Assembly: GCA_964588285.1 (NCBI GenBank)
Contig: CAZPNX010000012.1
Location: 5,329 to 69,328, forward strand
Source: an uncultured bacterium
Lineage (GTDB): Bacteria > Edwardsbacteria > AC1 > EtOH8
DNA: 64,000 bases
Direction of reading: 5' to 3'
Both the position numbers and the translations under genes were made by a program. The notes under the pieces are model-generated. The model was not told the origin of the DNA. It saw nothing but the letters and a program-made list of their open reading frames with translations, and did no database searches. Positions 46,088 to 55,015 of this stretch are shown here, in pieces. Every line of letters begins with the position of its first letter. The stretch's first letter is position 1.

Positions 46088-46116
46088 ATTATACCATAAA
46101 TAATAAACATTGTCAA
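46088..46116 (-). promoter_or_regulatory. Perfect-consensus sigma70 promoter of the micro-peptide/DUF2089 operon
   Basis: Minus-strand TTGACA-ATGTTTATTATTTATGG-TATAAT (17-nt spacer) with an AT-rich UP-element-like tract upstream. Confidence 0.85.
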
Positions 46117-46172
46117 GTATAATATTAAAAATTTTAATAATAAAATTAAATTAATTTAAGTAAATTCACAAT

Positions 46173-46196
46173 AAAAAACAGCCTTTCGGCTGTTTT
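46173..46196 (-). terminator. Intrinsic terminator of the ROK gene
   Basis: Minus-strand AAAACAGCC-GAAA-GGCTGTTTTTT. Confidence 0.8.
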
Positions 46197-46213
46197 CTGT
46201 AAAATATTTAATT

Positions 46214-47158
46214 TCAATCTGTTACAGAGATAAGAGCTGCTCCCAGAGCTCCAGCTGTCTGGCCAAGGATGGCTGGTAGAATCTTGATTCTTTTAATGTT
46301 GTAAGGCATGGCTCTCTTTGTCATTTCATCGATGGCCGGCTTCAGAATGATTTTTCCGGCCTGGGCTACTCCACCGCCAATGACCACAGCCTGAGGATTG
46401 AAGATATTGGCTATGTTTGCCAGCCCTACTCCCAAAAGCCGGCCGGTTTCGCCCAAGGCAAGCGCGGCTTGGCTGTCCCGCCTTCTGGCTCGTTCCACTA
46501 TTTCCTTGACGGTGATGCCGGTTTCGATCCTCAGATGTGCTCTGAATCTGAGGTCGTTATAACGATTGATTATGGCTTGGGCGCCGATCAAAGACTCCAA
46601 GCATCCCTGGTTGCCGCATTTGCACTTGGGCCCGTCGCTCTTTATCGCCATGTGTCCCAGTTCGCCGGCGCCGCCGCTTGCTCCCCGATAGAGTCGGCCA
46701 TTTATAATGATTCCGCCGCCGACTCCGGTGCCCAAGGTCAGGCCGATGACGTTGTCAAGCCCCTTGGCCGCGCCCAGCCTCTGTTCGGCCACCACAAAGG
46801 CATTGGCGTCGTTTTCAATGGTAATCTGCAGGCGGTGTTTGAAAAGCCGTTTTTCCAAGAGGCGTTTCAAGGGCACGGCGCCCTGCCAGCCCGGCAGGTT
46901 GGGCGAGTTACGTACCACGCCTCGGTCCACCAGCCCGGCCGAGCCAATGCCTGCTGATTTGACCTGATACCCTGCATTTTGGGCATCTGACAGGCGGGAC
47001 TCAATCTCCAGGGCGATGTTCTCCACCACCCGGGCCACGCCGGCCTGGGCCTGGGTGGGGCGGGAGCCGCGGTATAGGATGCGGGGGGAGGGGAGGGCCA
47101 GCAGCACCGACTTGATGTTGGTGCCCCCTAGGTCGATCCCGATGACGGCCTTTTTCAT
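46214..47158 (-). CDS. ROK-family sugar kinase (glucokinase-like)
   Basis: GIDLGGTNIK, ENDANA, LGTGVGGG, GELGHM...CKCGNQGCLE. Confidence 0.92.
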   Translation of the reverse strand: MKKAVIGIDLGGTNIKSVLLALPSPRILYRGSRPTQAQAGVARVVENIALEIESRLSDAQNAGYQVKSAGIGSAGLVDRGVVRNSPNLPGWQGAVPLKRLLEKRLFKHRLQITIENDANAFVVAEQRLGAAKGLDNVIGLTLGTGVGGGIIINGRLYRGASGGAGELGHMAIKSDGPKCKCGNQGCLESLIGAQAIINRYNDLRFRAHLRIETGITVKEIVERARRRDSQAALALGETGRLLGVGLANIANIFNPQAVVIGGGVAQAGKIILKPAIDEMTKRAMPYNIKRIKILPAILGQTAGALGAALISVTD

Positions 47159-47249
47159 CTTTGCCTCTTATGCTTTACATGAGAATAGCATGTTCAGCTT
47201 CATTTTTCAAGAAAGATCGTAAAGGCTAATGAATTCTTGTATATTTATC

Positions 47250-47278
47250 TTGATATAGGGGGGGTGATATGGTAGAAT
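47250..47278 (+). promoter_or_regulatory. sigma70 promoter, probably leaderless
   Basis: TTGATA-N17-TAGAAT with the ATG 7 nt downstream and no RBS. Confidence 0.6.
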
Positions 47279-47285
47279 TCAAAAC

Positions 47286-48428
47286 ATGAAAAACATTTTA
47301 ATATTTATCTTGCTCTGCCTGGCTATGTTCACCGGCTGTAGCTGCCGTAAGAAGCCCTGTGACACCCCGCCGCCGGACAATTATGACCCCAGGAACGTCA
47401 GCCGCAATACCAGTAATTCATACAGCGGTACGTTGGCGGTTGGCTCTGACGGTACCGTGCATGTTGTCTGGTGCGACGACGCCTCGGGACAGTTTAAAAC
47501 ATATTACGCCAGCAAGCCTTCAGGTGGCACGTGGTCCTCGGCAGTAGATATTGCCGGCAACACCACCAGGGCCTGCAGCGCACCGCAGATATCGGCCGAT
47601 CCCGCAGGCAGTCTGCATGTGGTGTGGGACGAATTGGGAACGGTTCCCGGCAGCCATGCCATATATGTTAACAAGCCGCAAGGCGGAAGCTGGTCAACGC
47701 CCTTGGACATAAGCAGCCCAACAACATCAAACGGTTCATTACCGCAAATAGGGATAGATGACGAAGGAAAAGTTTATGTGGTTTATGATGGAGGGGGGGG
47801 GGCTTTATATTATACAATTAGGAATATAAATGGTTTATGGGATACCCCATTAGAGTTTGGAGGCTTAAGTACTTTCGGAAATCCTTCGTTAGCCGTCAGC
47901 TCTGATGGTCAGATACATGTTGTTTATGAGAATAACTCGCATTGGGTCATGTACATGCACCGTTCAGCCGCTGGTGTTTGGGATTCGGCAGTGGATATTT
48001 CCAAAATGCCAGGGCAATATTGTTCCATTTCCAATATAACGGTTGACAACGCGGGCAATGTCTATGCCGCTTGGACTGACCGGACTGCCAGGGAAGTATA
48101 TTTTTCCATGAAGGCGGCCGGGGATACGGCCTGGAGCCAACCCTTGAACGTTTCCAACAGCGAGGCAGGGTCTTGGATTCCGAAGATGGCAGTAGCTTCT
48201 GATGGAACCTTGCATTACATCTGGGCCGAGGACATAACGCCCGGGGTGGCGGATATTTATTACAAACAAAGGTCGCCTACGGGTGTGTGGACAGCGGCCG
48301 TGAACATCTCGAACACGCAGGGAGACACACGCATCAGTGGACTGACCATTGGCGCCGACGGAAAATTGCACATTCTCTGGACCGAAGTGCCTGATAATGA
48401 TGTGTATTGTGACAGCTATCCCAAATAA
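47286..48428 (+). CDS. Lipoprotein with BNR-like beta-propeller repeats
   Basis: Lipobox FTGC; repeats of P-x-[IL]-A-V-x-x-D-G-x-[LV]-H-[VI]-V-W. Confidence 0.7.
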   Translation: MKNILIFILLCLAMFTGCSCRKKPCDTPPPDNYDPRNVSRNTSNSYSGTLAVGSDGTVHVVWCDDASGQFKTYYASKPSGGTWSSAVDIAGNTTRACSAPQISADPAGSLHVVWDELGTVPGSHAIYVNKPQGGSWSTPLDISSPTTSNGSLPQIGIDDEGKVYVVYDGGGGALYYTIRNINGLWDTPLEFGGLSTFGNPSLAVSSDGQIHVVYENNSHWVMYMHRSAAGVWDSAVDISKMPGQYCSISNITVDNAGNVYAAWTDRTAREVYFSMKAAGDTAWSQPLNVSNSEAGSWIPKMAVASDGTLHYIWAEDITPGVADIYYKQRSPTGVWTAAVNISNTQGDTRISGLTIGADGKLHILWTEVPDNDVYCDSYPK

Positions 48429-48461
48429 CCATCTTGTATCATAAGAAAGAAAGAATCTAGG

Positions 48462-48885
48462 ATGAAACTAACGATAATGGTGATATTTTTGAACATGCTC
48501 TTAGCTGTATGCGCATCAACGCAGCCCATGGTAAGCATCTACGAAAAAGTATCAACGAACCGAGAAGATAGTGTTGATAGTACAATTACCGCTAAGCCTG
48601 CAGACGGGAACAATGAACTGCGAGATTTTGACATAATAGCCGTAAACGGCGCTTACAGCTATACAAGGCAAAAACAAAATAGCACATACTTTGGCGATTA
48701 CTTCTTTACAACAACAATCCTGTCGACCGAATTAACGTGGAAGCGCTTCTTCCTGCCTAACATAGCCGCTGGGGCAACTTTGGCGCATTTTCGCCGCTCT
48801 TTCAGCCGTTCTTACGAAGGTTACAGCAATGTGGAAAGTTACAGCATGGTTGGGCCTATTGCTGGTTATTATTGGGGGAAAAAGG
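48462..48885 (+). pseudogene. Exported/outer-membrane barrel-like gene truncated by IS3
   Basis: Signal peptide and amphipathic strands; the frame runs into the IS terminal repeat at 48886. Confidence 0.6.
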
Positions 48886-48925
48886 TGACATGCCCCCATT
48901 GTTAGTGCCAGTTTGAGTGTTACGC

Positions 48926-49783
48926 CTAGGCCGCTAAACATATGGGCAGCGGTTCTTTTGTTTCCGGGGCCGGCGGCCTGTAGCCCAGGGAGCTGTGAGG
49001 CCGAAACGTATTGTAGTCTTGCCGCCACCGCGCCGTCAGGACCCGCGCTTCCAATACCGTGTCCAACAACTCCCGGTTGAGGAGCTCGTCCCGGAACTTG
49101 CCGTTGAATGATTCGATGTACCCGTTCTCCCAGGGACTGCCCGGCTCAATAAACAGCGTCCTGACCCCGATCCGCCCGAACCATTCCCTGACCTTGCGGG
49201 CGGTAAACTCGGCCCCGTTGTCCGATCGTATGCACTCCGGCAAGCCACGCCTCATAAACAAATCCTGCAGCCGCTCCAGCACGTCTTCGGCCCTGAGGCT
49301 CCGGGCCACGTCTATGGCCAGGCATTCCCTGGTGTACTCGTCGATTATGGTCAGGAACCTAAGCGGCAGCCCGTCGCTGGTCCGCCTGTGGACGAAGTCG
49401 TAGCTCCACACGTGATTGGGCCTTTGTGGCCTCAGCCGGACGCAGGTGCCGTCGTTCAGCCAAAGCCGTCGCCGAGGTTTCTGCTTCTGCAGCACCTTCA
49501 GGCCCTCGGCCCGCCAGATCCGCTCCACCCGCTTGTGGTTGACTCGCCAGCCGCCTTGTTTCAAAAGAGCCGTGATCCGGCGGTAACCGTACCGCCCGTA
49601 GTCCTTGGCCAGACGGACTATGTCCGCTGTTAACCTTGGTTCGTCGTCCGCCTCCCGGGGCCGGTAGCCTTGGGTCGACCGCGCCTGCCCCAGCGCACGG
49701 CAGGCCCGACGTTCGGAAACGGCCAGCTTGGTACATGCCTCGGTGATCGCCCGGCGCCGTTTGGCCGGGCTCAGAAGTTTCCC
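48926..49783 (-). CDS. IS3 transposase OrfB (DDE), expressed by -1 frameshift
   Basis: YGYRRI, WSYDFV, IRSDNG, NGYIESFNG; slippery G-GGA-AAC at 49777-49783 followed by a GCCCGGC/GCCGGGC hairpin. Confidence 0.9.
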   Translation of the reverse strand, partial: GKLLSPAKRRRAITEACTKLAVSERRACRALGQARSTQGYRPREADDEPRLTADIVRLAKDYGRYGYRRITALLKQGGWRVNHKRVERIWRAEGLKVLQKQKPRRRLWLNDGTCVRLRPQRPNHVWSYDFVHRRTSDGLPLRFLTIIDEYTRECLAIDVARSLRAEDVLERLQDLFMRRGLPECIRSDNGAEFTARKVREWFGRIGVRTLFIEPGSPWENGYIESFNGKFRDELLNRELLDTVLEARVLTARWRQDYNTFRPHSSLGYRPPAPETKEPLPICLAA

Positions 49784-50049
49784 GAGGCCGCCTCCTTGAG
49801 TATCTGGTTGTCCAAAGACAGGTTGGCCACCAGCTTCTTCAGCCGGGCGTTCTCCTGCTCCATTTCCTTCATCCGCCTGGCCTGGTCCACCCGCAGGCCT
49901 CCGTATTCCTTGCGCCACCGGTAGTAGGTCAGCTTGCTCACCCCGATCTTACGGCTGGCCTCCTCGACGCTGGTCCCCTGGTTTATCAGCAACTCCGCCT
50001 CCCGCAGCTTGCCGATGATCTCCTCCGGCTTGTACTTGACCTGTGGCAT
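49771..50049 (-). CDS. IS3 transposase OrfA
   Basis: KYKPEEIIGKLREAE...TYYRWRKEYGGL...EQENARLKKLVANLSLDNQILKE (HTH + leucine zipper). Confidence 0.9.
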   Translation of the reverse strand: MPQVKYKPEEIIGKLREAELLINQGTSVEEASRKIGVSKLTYYRWRKEYGGLRVDQARRMKEMEQENARLKKLVANLSLDNQILKEAASGNF

Positions 50050-50126
50050 TGGTTCACCCCCATTTCGTGTTTGATCCTGGCTCTATTGTAACATAGAACC
50101 TGGACCAGTTTCAGGGGGTCAGGTCA

Positions 50127-50316
50127 CATAAAGGTGTACAATACCCTGGGGCAGGCGGTGAGGACGTTGGTGGATGGCGAGAAACCAGCAGGCTATCACC
50201 AGGCGGTTTGGGACGGCAGGAACGAACAGGGGAGGAGGGTTTCGGCCGGCGTCTATTTCTACCAGATCAAAGCCGGTGAATTCAGCGGCATCAAGAAGAT
50301 GGCGGTCGTAAAGTAA
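50127..50316 (+). pseudogene. Orphan C-terminal FlgD-Ig/CTD-like fragment abutting the IS end
   Basis: IKVYNTLGQAVRTLVDGEKPAGYHQAVWDGRNEQGRRVSAGVYFYQIKAGEFSGIKKMAVVK; no credible start; followed by a terminator. Confidence 0.8.
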
Positions 50317-50334
50317 CATACCGGCCGCAGCGCG

Positions 50335-50365
50335 AATGAGGCCTCGTCAGAGGCCTCATTTTTTT
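50335..50365 (+). terminator. Intrinsic terminator
   Basis: AATGAGGCCTC-GTCA-GAGGCCTCATT followed by T5. Confidence 0.85.
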
Positions 50366-50400
50366 ACTTAGCGGGCCTTTGGCACGACAGCTTCCGTCTA

Positions 50401-50429
50401 TTGACTATGGCCGCCCGTTGTCGTAAAAT
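50401..50429 (+). promoter_or_regulatory. sigma70 promoter of valS
   Basis: TTGACT-N17-TAAAAT. Confidence 0.65.
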
Positions 50430-50458
50430 TGAGATCGTTAATGAAACGGTAGATAGAT

Positions 50459-53122
50459 ATGAGACTGGATAAGAACAGGATACCCGAAAAATACGATTTC
50501 GCCGAATCCGAGAAAAGGCGGATGGCCGACTGGGAGCAGTGGGGGATCTACCGCTGGGATCCGTCCCGGGGACGGGAGGAGACCTTCGCGGTGGACACCC
50601 CGCCGCCCACCGTCTCCGGCTCGCTGCACGTGGGCTCGGCCTTCGGCTACATACAGCAGGATGTCATCGTCCGCCAGCGCCGCATGCTGGGGATGAACAT
50701 CTTCTATCCCATGGGCTGGGATGATAATGGCCTGCCCACCGAGCGGAGGGTGCAGAACTACTTCAACGTGCGCTGCAACGCCCGGCTGCCCTACGTCAAG
50801 GGCTTCGAGCCGAGGAACGAAAAAAAGTCGCCGCCCGAGGAGGTCAACCGGGACAACTTCATCGAGCTGTGCCATCGGGTGACCGGCGAGGACGAGAAGG
50901 CCTTCAAGGCCCTGTGGCAGCATCTGGGGCTTTCGGTGGACTGGGGGCTGGAGTACGCCACCATCGACGACCACTGCCGGAAAACCTCGCAGCTGTCTTT
51001 TCTGAAGCTTTTCCGCGACGGCCATGTCTACTCGGCCTTCGCCCCGCACCTGTGGGATGTGGACTTCCAGACCGCGGTCTCCCAGGCCGAGGTGGAGGAC
51101 CGGACCATCCCCGGGCACTTCCACTACGTCCGGTTCGGTGTCGAGGATGGCGGTTCTTTCGTCATCGCCACCACCCGGCCGGAGCTGCTGGCCTCGTGCG
51201 TGGCGGTCATCGCCCACCCGGACGACGAACGCTACCAAAAACTGTTCGGCAAAAAGGCGGTGACCCCGCTCTTCCGGATGCCGGTGCCCATCATCGCCGA
51301 CCAGGGGGCCGACCCGGAGAAGGGGACCGGGATACTGATGGTCTGCACCTTCGGCGACGTCATGGACGTGGAGTGGTGGAGGAAGTATAATCTGCCCCTG
51401 AGGCAGACCATCGGACGCGACGGAAGGATGATGGCGCTGGAGAAGCCACTGCCCATAAGGCTGCCCTCGCAAAAATCCGTCAGCGATGAGAGGAGCTTTT
51501 TCGCTGACAGCCTGAACTCGGAGAAGGCCAATCATTTCTACAGCCAGCTGGCCGGTCGAACGGTCAAACAGGCCCAGAAGGAGATCGTCGAGCTTTTAAA
51601 GCACGCGGCCGGCGAGGCTTTGCCCGGCTTGGGGGCGCCCCTGGTTGAGGAACCCAGGCCCATCGAGCATCCGGTCAAGATGTACGAGAAGGGGGAGCAT
51701 CCCTTAGAGATCATTCCCACCCGGCAATGGTACGTCAGGATCATGGACAAGAAGGACGAACTGCTGGAACAGGGCCGTAAAATAAAATGGCATCCGGAGC
51801 ATATGCGGGTGCGCTACGAGGACTGGGTGCGGGGCCTGAACCAGGACTGGTGCATCAGCCGCCAGCGCTATTTCGGAGTGCCATTTCCCCTGTGGTACCG
51901 GCTGGACGGGGAGGGCAAGCCGGACTATAACCATCCGATTTTGGCCGACGAGGATTCCCTGCCCATCGACCCACAGTCCAAGCCGGCCCCGGGCTTCGAC
52001 GAATCGCAACGGGACCAGCCGGGCGGCTTCTGCGGCGACCCAGACGTCATGGACACCTGGGCCACCAGCTCCCTGACCCCGCAGATAGCCAGCCACTGGG
52101 CGCTGGACGACGGCCGTCACGAGAAGGTCTATCCCATGGACATCCGTCCCCAGGGGCCGGAGATCATCCGCACCTGGGCCTTCTACACCATAGTCAAAGC
52201 CCGGCTGCACGACGGCTCCGTTCCCTGGAGGAATGTTCTGATAAACGGCTGGATACTGGATCCCGACCGCAAGAAGATGTCCAAGAGCCACGGCAACGTG
52301 GTCACCCCGGAGCACCTGCTGCAAAAGTACTCATCGGACGGCGTCCGCTACTGGGCGGCCAAGGCCCGGCTGGGCGTGGACACGGCCTACGACGAGGCCA
52401 TGTTCCAGAACGGCAAGAGGCTGGTGACCAAGCTCTACAATGCTGCCAAGTTCGCCGCCGGCCATCTGCTGGAAAACGAGCTGTCGAACCTGACGCCTGA
52501 TAAAATCACCGAGGAGCTGGACAAGAGTTTCCTGGAGCACCTGGCCGTTATGGTGGAGAGGGCCGGAAAGGATTTCGCGGATTTCGGCTATGCCGACGCC
52601 CTGCAGGAGATCGAAGCCTTCTTCTGGGAGAAGTTCTGCGACAATTATCTGGAGCTGATCAAGGTCAGGGCCTATCACGGGCAGATGTCCCCGGCCAAGG
52701 TCTCGGCCCTGGCCACCCTCAAGCTTGCGCTCTCGGTCCTGTTGAGGCTGTTCGCACCGTTCATCCCCTTCTTCACCGAGGAGGCCTGGGGCTGGCTGTT
52801 CGCCGGCGGGGGAAAGGGGCGCTCGGTGCACACCTCGGATTGGCCGTCCCGGAAGGACTTTGCCGGGATCGCCAAACCCGAAAAGGACGATGCCTTCGGG
52901 GCGGCGGTGGAGGTGCTGGCAGCGGTGCGCAAGGCCAAGTCAGAGGCTAAGGTCAGCGTCAAAACGCCGCTCAAGGGCCTTTCCGTCTCTGGGGCGGCCG
53001 GCGACCTGGCGGCGCTAAGGGCTGTCTGGAACGATATGCTGGGGACGGTGGGGGCCGAAGGCGCGGATACTGCGGAGAAAAATGTGGCCGAGGGCAGGTT
53101 CGAGGTCAAGGTGATATTATAG
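50459..53122 (+). CDS. valS: Valine--tRNA ligase (type 2, archaeal-like)
   Basis: DTPPPTVSGSLHVGS (HIGH-like), WCISRQR, DVMDTWATSS, KMSKS; lacks the C-terminal coiled-coil arm. Confidence 0.95.
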   Translation: MRLDKNRIPEKYDFAESEKRRMADWEQWGIYRWDPSRGREETFAVDTPPPTVSGSLHVGSAFGYIQQDVIVRQRRMLGMNIFYPMGWDDNGLPTERRVQNYFNVRCNARLPYVKGFEPRNEKKSPPEEVNRDNFIELCHRVTGEDEKAFKALWQHLGLSVDWGLEYATIDDHCRKTSQLSFLKLFRDGHVYSAFAPHLWDVDFQTAVSQAEVEDRTIPGHFHYVRFGVEDGGSFVIATTRPELLASCVAVIAHPDDERYQKLFGKKAVTPLFRMPVPIIADQGADPEKGTGILMVCTFGDVMDVEWWRKYNLPLRQTIGRDGRMMALEKPLPIRLPSQKSVSDERSFFADSLNSEKANHFYSQLAGRTVKQAQKEIVELLKHAAGEALPGLGAPLVEEPRPIEHPVKMYEKGEHPLEIIPTRQWYVRIMDKKDELLEQGRKIKWHPEHMRVRYEDWVRGLNQDWCISRQRYFGVPFPLWYRLDGEGKPDYNHPILADEDSLPIDPQSKPAPGFDESQRDQPGGFCGDPDVMDTWATSSLTPQIASHWALDDGRHEKVYPMDIRPQGPEIIRTWAFYTIVKARLHDGSVPWRNVLINGWILDPDRKKMSKSHGNVVTPEHLLQKYSSDGVRYWAAKARLGVDTAYDEAMFQNGKRLVTKLYNAAKFAAGHLLENELSNLTPDKITEELDKSFLEHLAVMVERAGKDFADFGYADALQEIEAFFWEKFCDNYLELIKVRAYHGQMSPAKVSALATLKLALSVLLRLFAPFIPFFTEEAWGWLFAGGGKGRSVHTSDWPSRKDFAGIAKPEKDDAFGAAVEVLAAVRKAKSEAKVSVKTPLKGLSVSGAAGDLAALRAVWNDMLGTVGAEGADTAEKNVAEGRFEVKVIL

Positions 53123-53144
53123 CAACACATATGGGAGAAAAGAC

Positions 53145-54707
53145 ATGAGGAGGTCAGTTTTATCAGCTTTGTTTGTTCTCCTTATTGCCGGCCCGGCCTG
53201 GGGACAGCGCCGGGTGACGGTCTCGGTAATGGACCTCAACGTCACCGAGGGGGTGTCGGCCAAAGAGGCGGTGATGCTGACCGACAAGCTTTTGAACAGC
53301 TTGGTGGAGTTCCGGGTCTACGAGGTGGTGGAGCGCTCCAAGCGGGACGAGATCCTCAAAGAACAGGGTTTCCAGATGACCGGGGCCTGCAGCGAGGCCT
53401 CCTGTCTGGTGGAGGTGGGGCAGCTTTTGGGCGCCCAGAAGATGATCGGGGGAACGTTGGGCCGGCTGGGTAATCTCTATGCGGTGGAATTACGGATGAT
53501 AGACATCCAGACCGGCAAGATAGATCTGGTGTTCTCCAAAAACTACAGCGGAGACATCTCCAATCTGCTGGTGGCCATGAAACAGGCGGCCGAGACCTTC
53601 TCCCGCTGGCGTCCGGGGCCGGAGGGGGCGGCGCCCAAGGGCGGGCTGGTGATCTATTCCAAGCCGGACCAGGCCAAGGTGATCGTGGACGATAAGGAAT
53701 ACGGCTATACGCCCACCTATGTCTATCCCTTGGATATCGGGCTGCATCAGGTGGTGATATTGAAGGAGGGATACAATCTCTATAGCCAGGGAATGACCAT
53801 CAAGCCGGGCGGGGTGGATACTCTGGAGGCGGTGCTGTCAAAGACCGTGGGCAGTCTGAGGGTTGTTTCCCATCCGGCCGGGGCCAGGGTCTATTTGAAC
53901 CGGGAATACAGGGGGAAGGCCTCGGGCAAGGGCTTGCTGATTGAGAACCTGAAACTACAGCCCTATCTTCTTAAACTGGACCGAGCCGGCTATGGTTCGC
54001 ATCAGGAGGAGATCAACCTGGATGTCGGCCAGGAGAAGAAGGTGGAGATAACCTTGAAGCCGAGACACTGGTGGCTGAGCCTGGACGGGGGATTGATCGC
54101 CCAGGGGGTGACCGGTAAAGTGGAGTATGGCAACATAGCTGCAATAACCGGCGAGGGCGGCGGCGGACCGGAATATCAATTCGGGCTTTTACTGGGGCGA
54201 CGTATAACTAAAAATCTCTCGGCCTTTTTAGGATGGCAGTATCACACTGCCTATGCCGGCAATGATGATTTAATAATAATACCGGCTAATTCGGTTTATG
54301 TCGAGCATACCCAGGAAATCTCGATGAGCTTCAGCCTGCCGGCCATTACCGCCGGGATGCAGGTTTCCACCCTGTGGGGCCGGTTTGAGCCCTATGCCGA
54401 GATAAGGTATGGTTTCGGTATGCCGAAACCGGAGGCGAAGGAAAAAGTCGAGTATTTCAATTGGAATTCCAGCGGTCCCGTCCCGTTGAGCACCGATAGG
54501 GAATATGATTGCCAAGGCTACTCCAACTTTCAGGCCGGCCTAGGCGGCAAGGTGTGGTTCAATTCCACCGTGGCCTACGTCTTTTCCTTCCAGTACAATT
54601 ACGAAAAGATTAAGGAAGTGCCCAATTCTTTCAACCCACAGATTGATGATAAGAGCCTGGCCTCCTGGAATTTTTCCAACTACTGGGGCCTGGAGTTCGC
54701 CTGGTGA
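53145..54707 (+). CDS. PEGA-domain protein with N-terminal CsgG-like domain and C-terminal beta-barrel
   Basis: VVERSKRDEILKEQGFQMTGAC; two PEGA repeats (SKPDQAKVIVD, SHPAGARVYLN); ends with an aromatic residue (GLEFAW). Confidence 0.7.
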   Translation: MRRSVLSALFVLLIAGPAWGQRRVTVSVMDLNVTEGVSAKEAVMLTDKLLNSLVEFRVYEVVERSKRDEILKEQGFQMTGACSEASCLVEVGQLLGAQKMIGGTLGRLGNLYAVELRMIDIQTGKIDLVFSKNYSGDISNLLVAMKQAAETFSRWRPGPEGAAPKGGLVIYSKPDQAKVIVDDKEYGYTPTYVYPLDIGLHQVVILKEGYNLYSQGMTIKPGGVDTLEAVLSKTVGSLRVVSHPAGARVYLNREYRGKASGKGLLIENLKLQPYLLKLDRAGYGSHQEEINLDVGQEKKVEITLKPRHWWLSLDGGLIAQGVTGKVEYGNIAAITGEGGGGPEYQFGLLLGRRITKNLSAFLGWQYHTAYAGNDDLIIIPANSVYVEHTQEISMSFSLPAITAGMQVSTLWGRFEPYAEIRYGFGMPKPEAKEKVEYFNWNSSGPVPLSTDREYDCQGYSNFQAGLGGKVWFNSTVAYVFSFQYNYEKIKEVPNSFNPQIDDKSLASWNFSNYWGLEFAW

Positions 54708-54967
54708 GTCCTTGAGTATTATGATGTAAAGAGATCGCTTAGGTTTTTTTGATTCTATAACCAAAACTCATTGGGCTTAGGCTTATATATTAAGTTTCCA
54801 GCCAGCCGTGAAATGCAGAGCCGCATCCATGGGAGAGCATTAAGCCTTATGGGGGATAGAATGCGGTGTCGATGTCCACGCCAAACATGAAGAGTGAATC
54901 GAAACCAGCAATGCCTGCCAAGGTTTGTTCGGATGGCATCTGAAAGGCTGACGACAGCTAAGCCGCG

Positions 54968-55004
54968 AAAAAAAAGCCCTGGCGGTAGTATCTCCGCCAG
55001 GGCT
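54968..55004 (-). terminator. Intrinsic terminator
   Basis: AGCCCTGGCGG-N8-CCGCCAGGGCT with an A8 tract on the plus strand (T8 on the minus strand). Confidence 0.8.
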
Positions 55005-55015
55005 CTCTCGTTAGC

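Larger units (their letters stand above)
48886..50126 (-). mobile_element. IS3-family insertion sequence (IS407-like), 1241 bp
   Basis: Imperfect terminal IRs TGACATGCCCCC... and TGACCTGACCCCC... (5'-TG...CA-3'); orfA/orfB with a -1 frameshift site; no flanking direct repeat. Confidence 0.92.

Noticed and set aside
54708-55015. ncRNA or gene remnant in a 300-nt spacer
   Set aside because: No recognisable RNA consensus or ORF with an RBS; only the terminator is supportable
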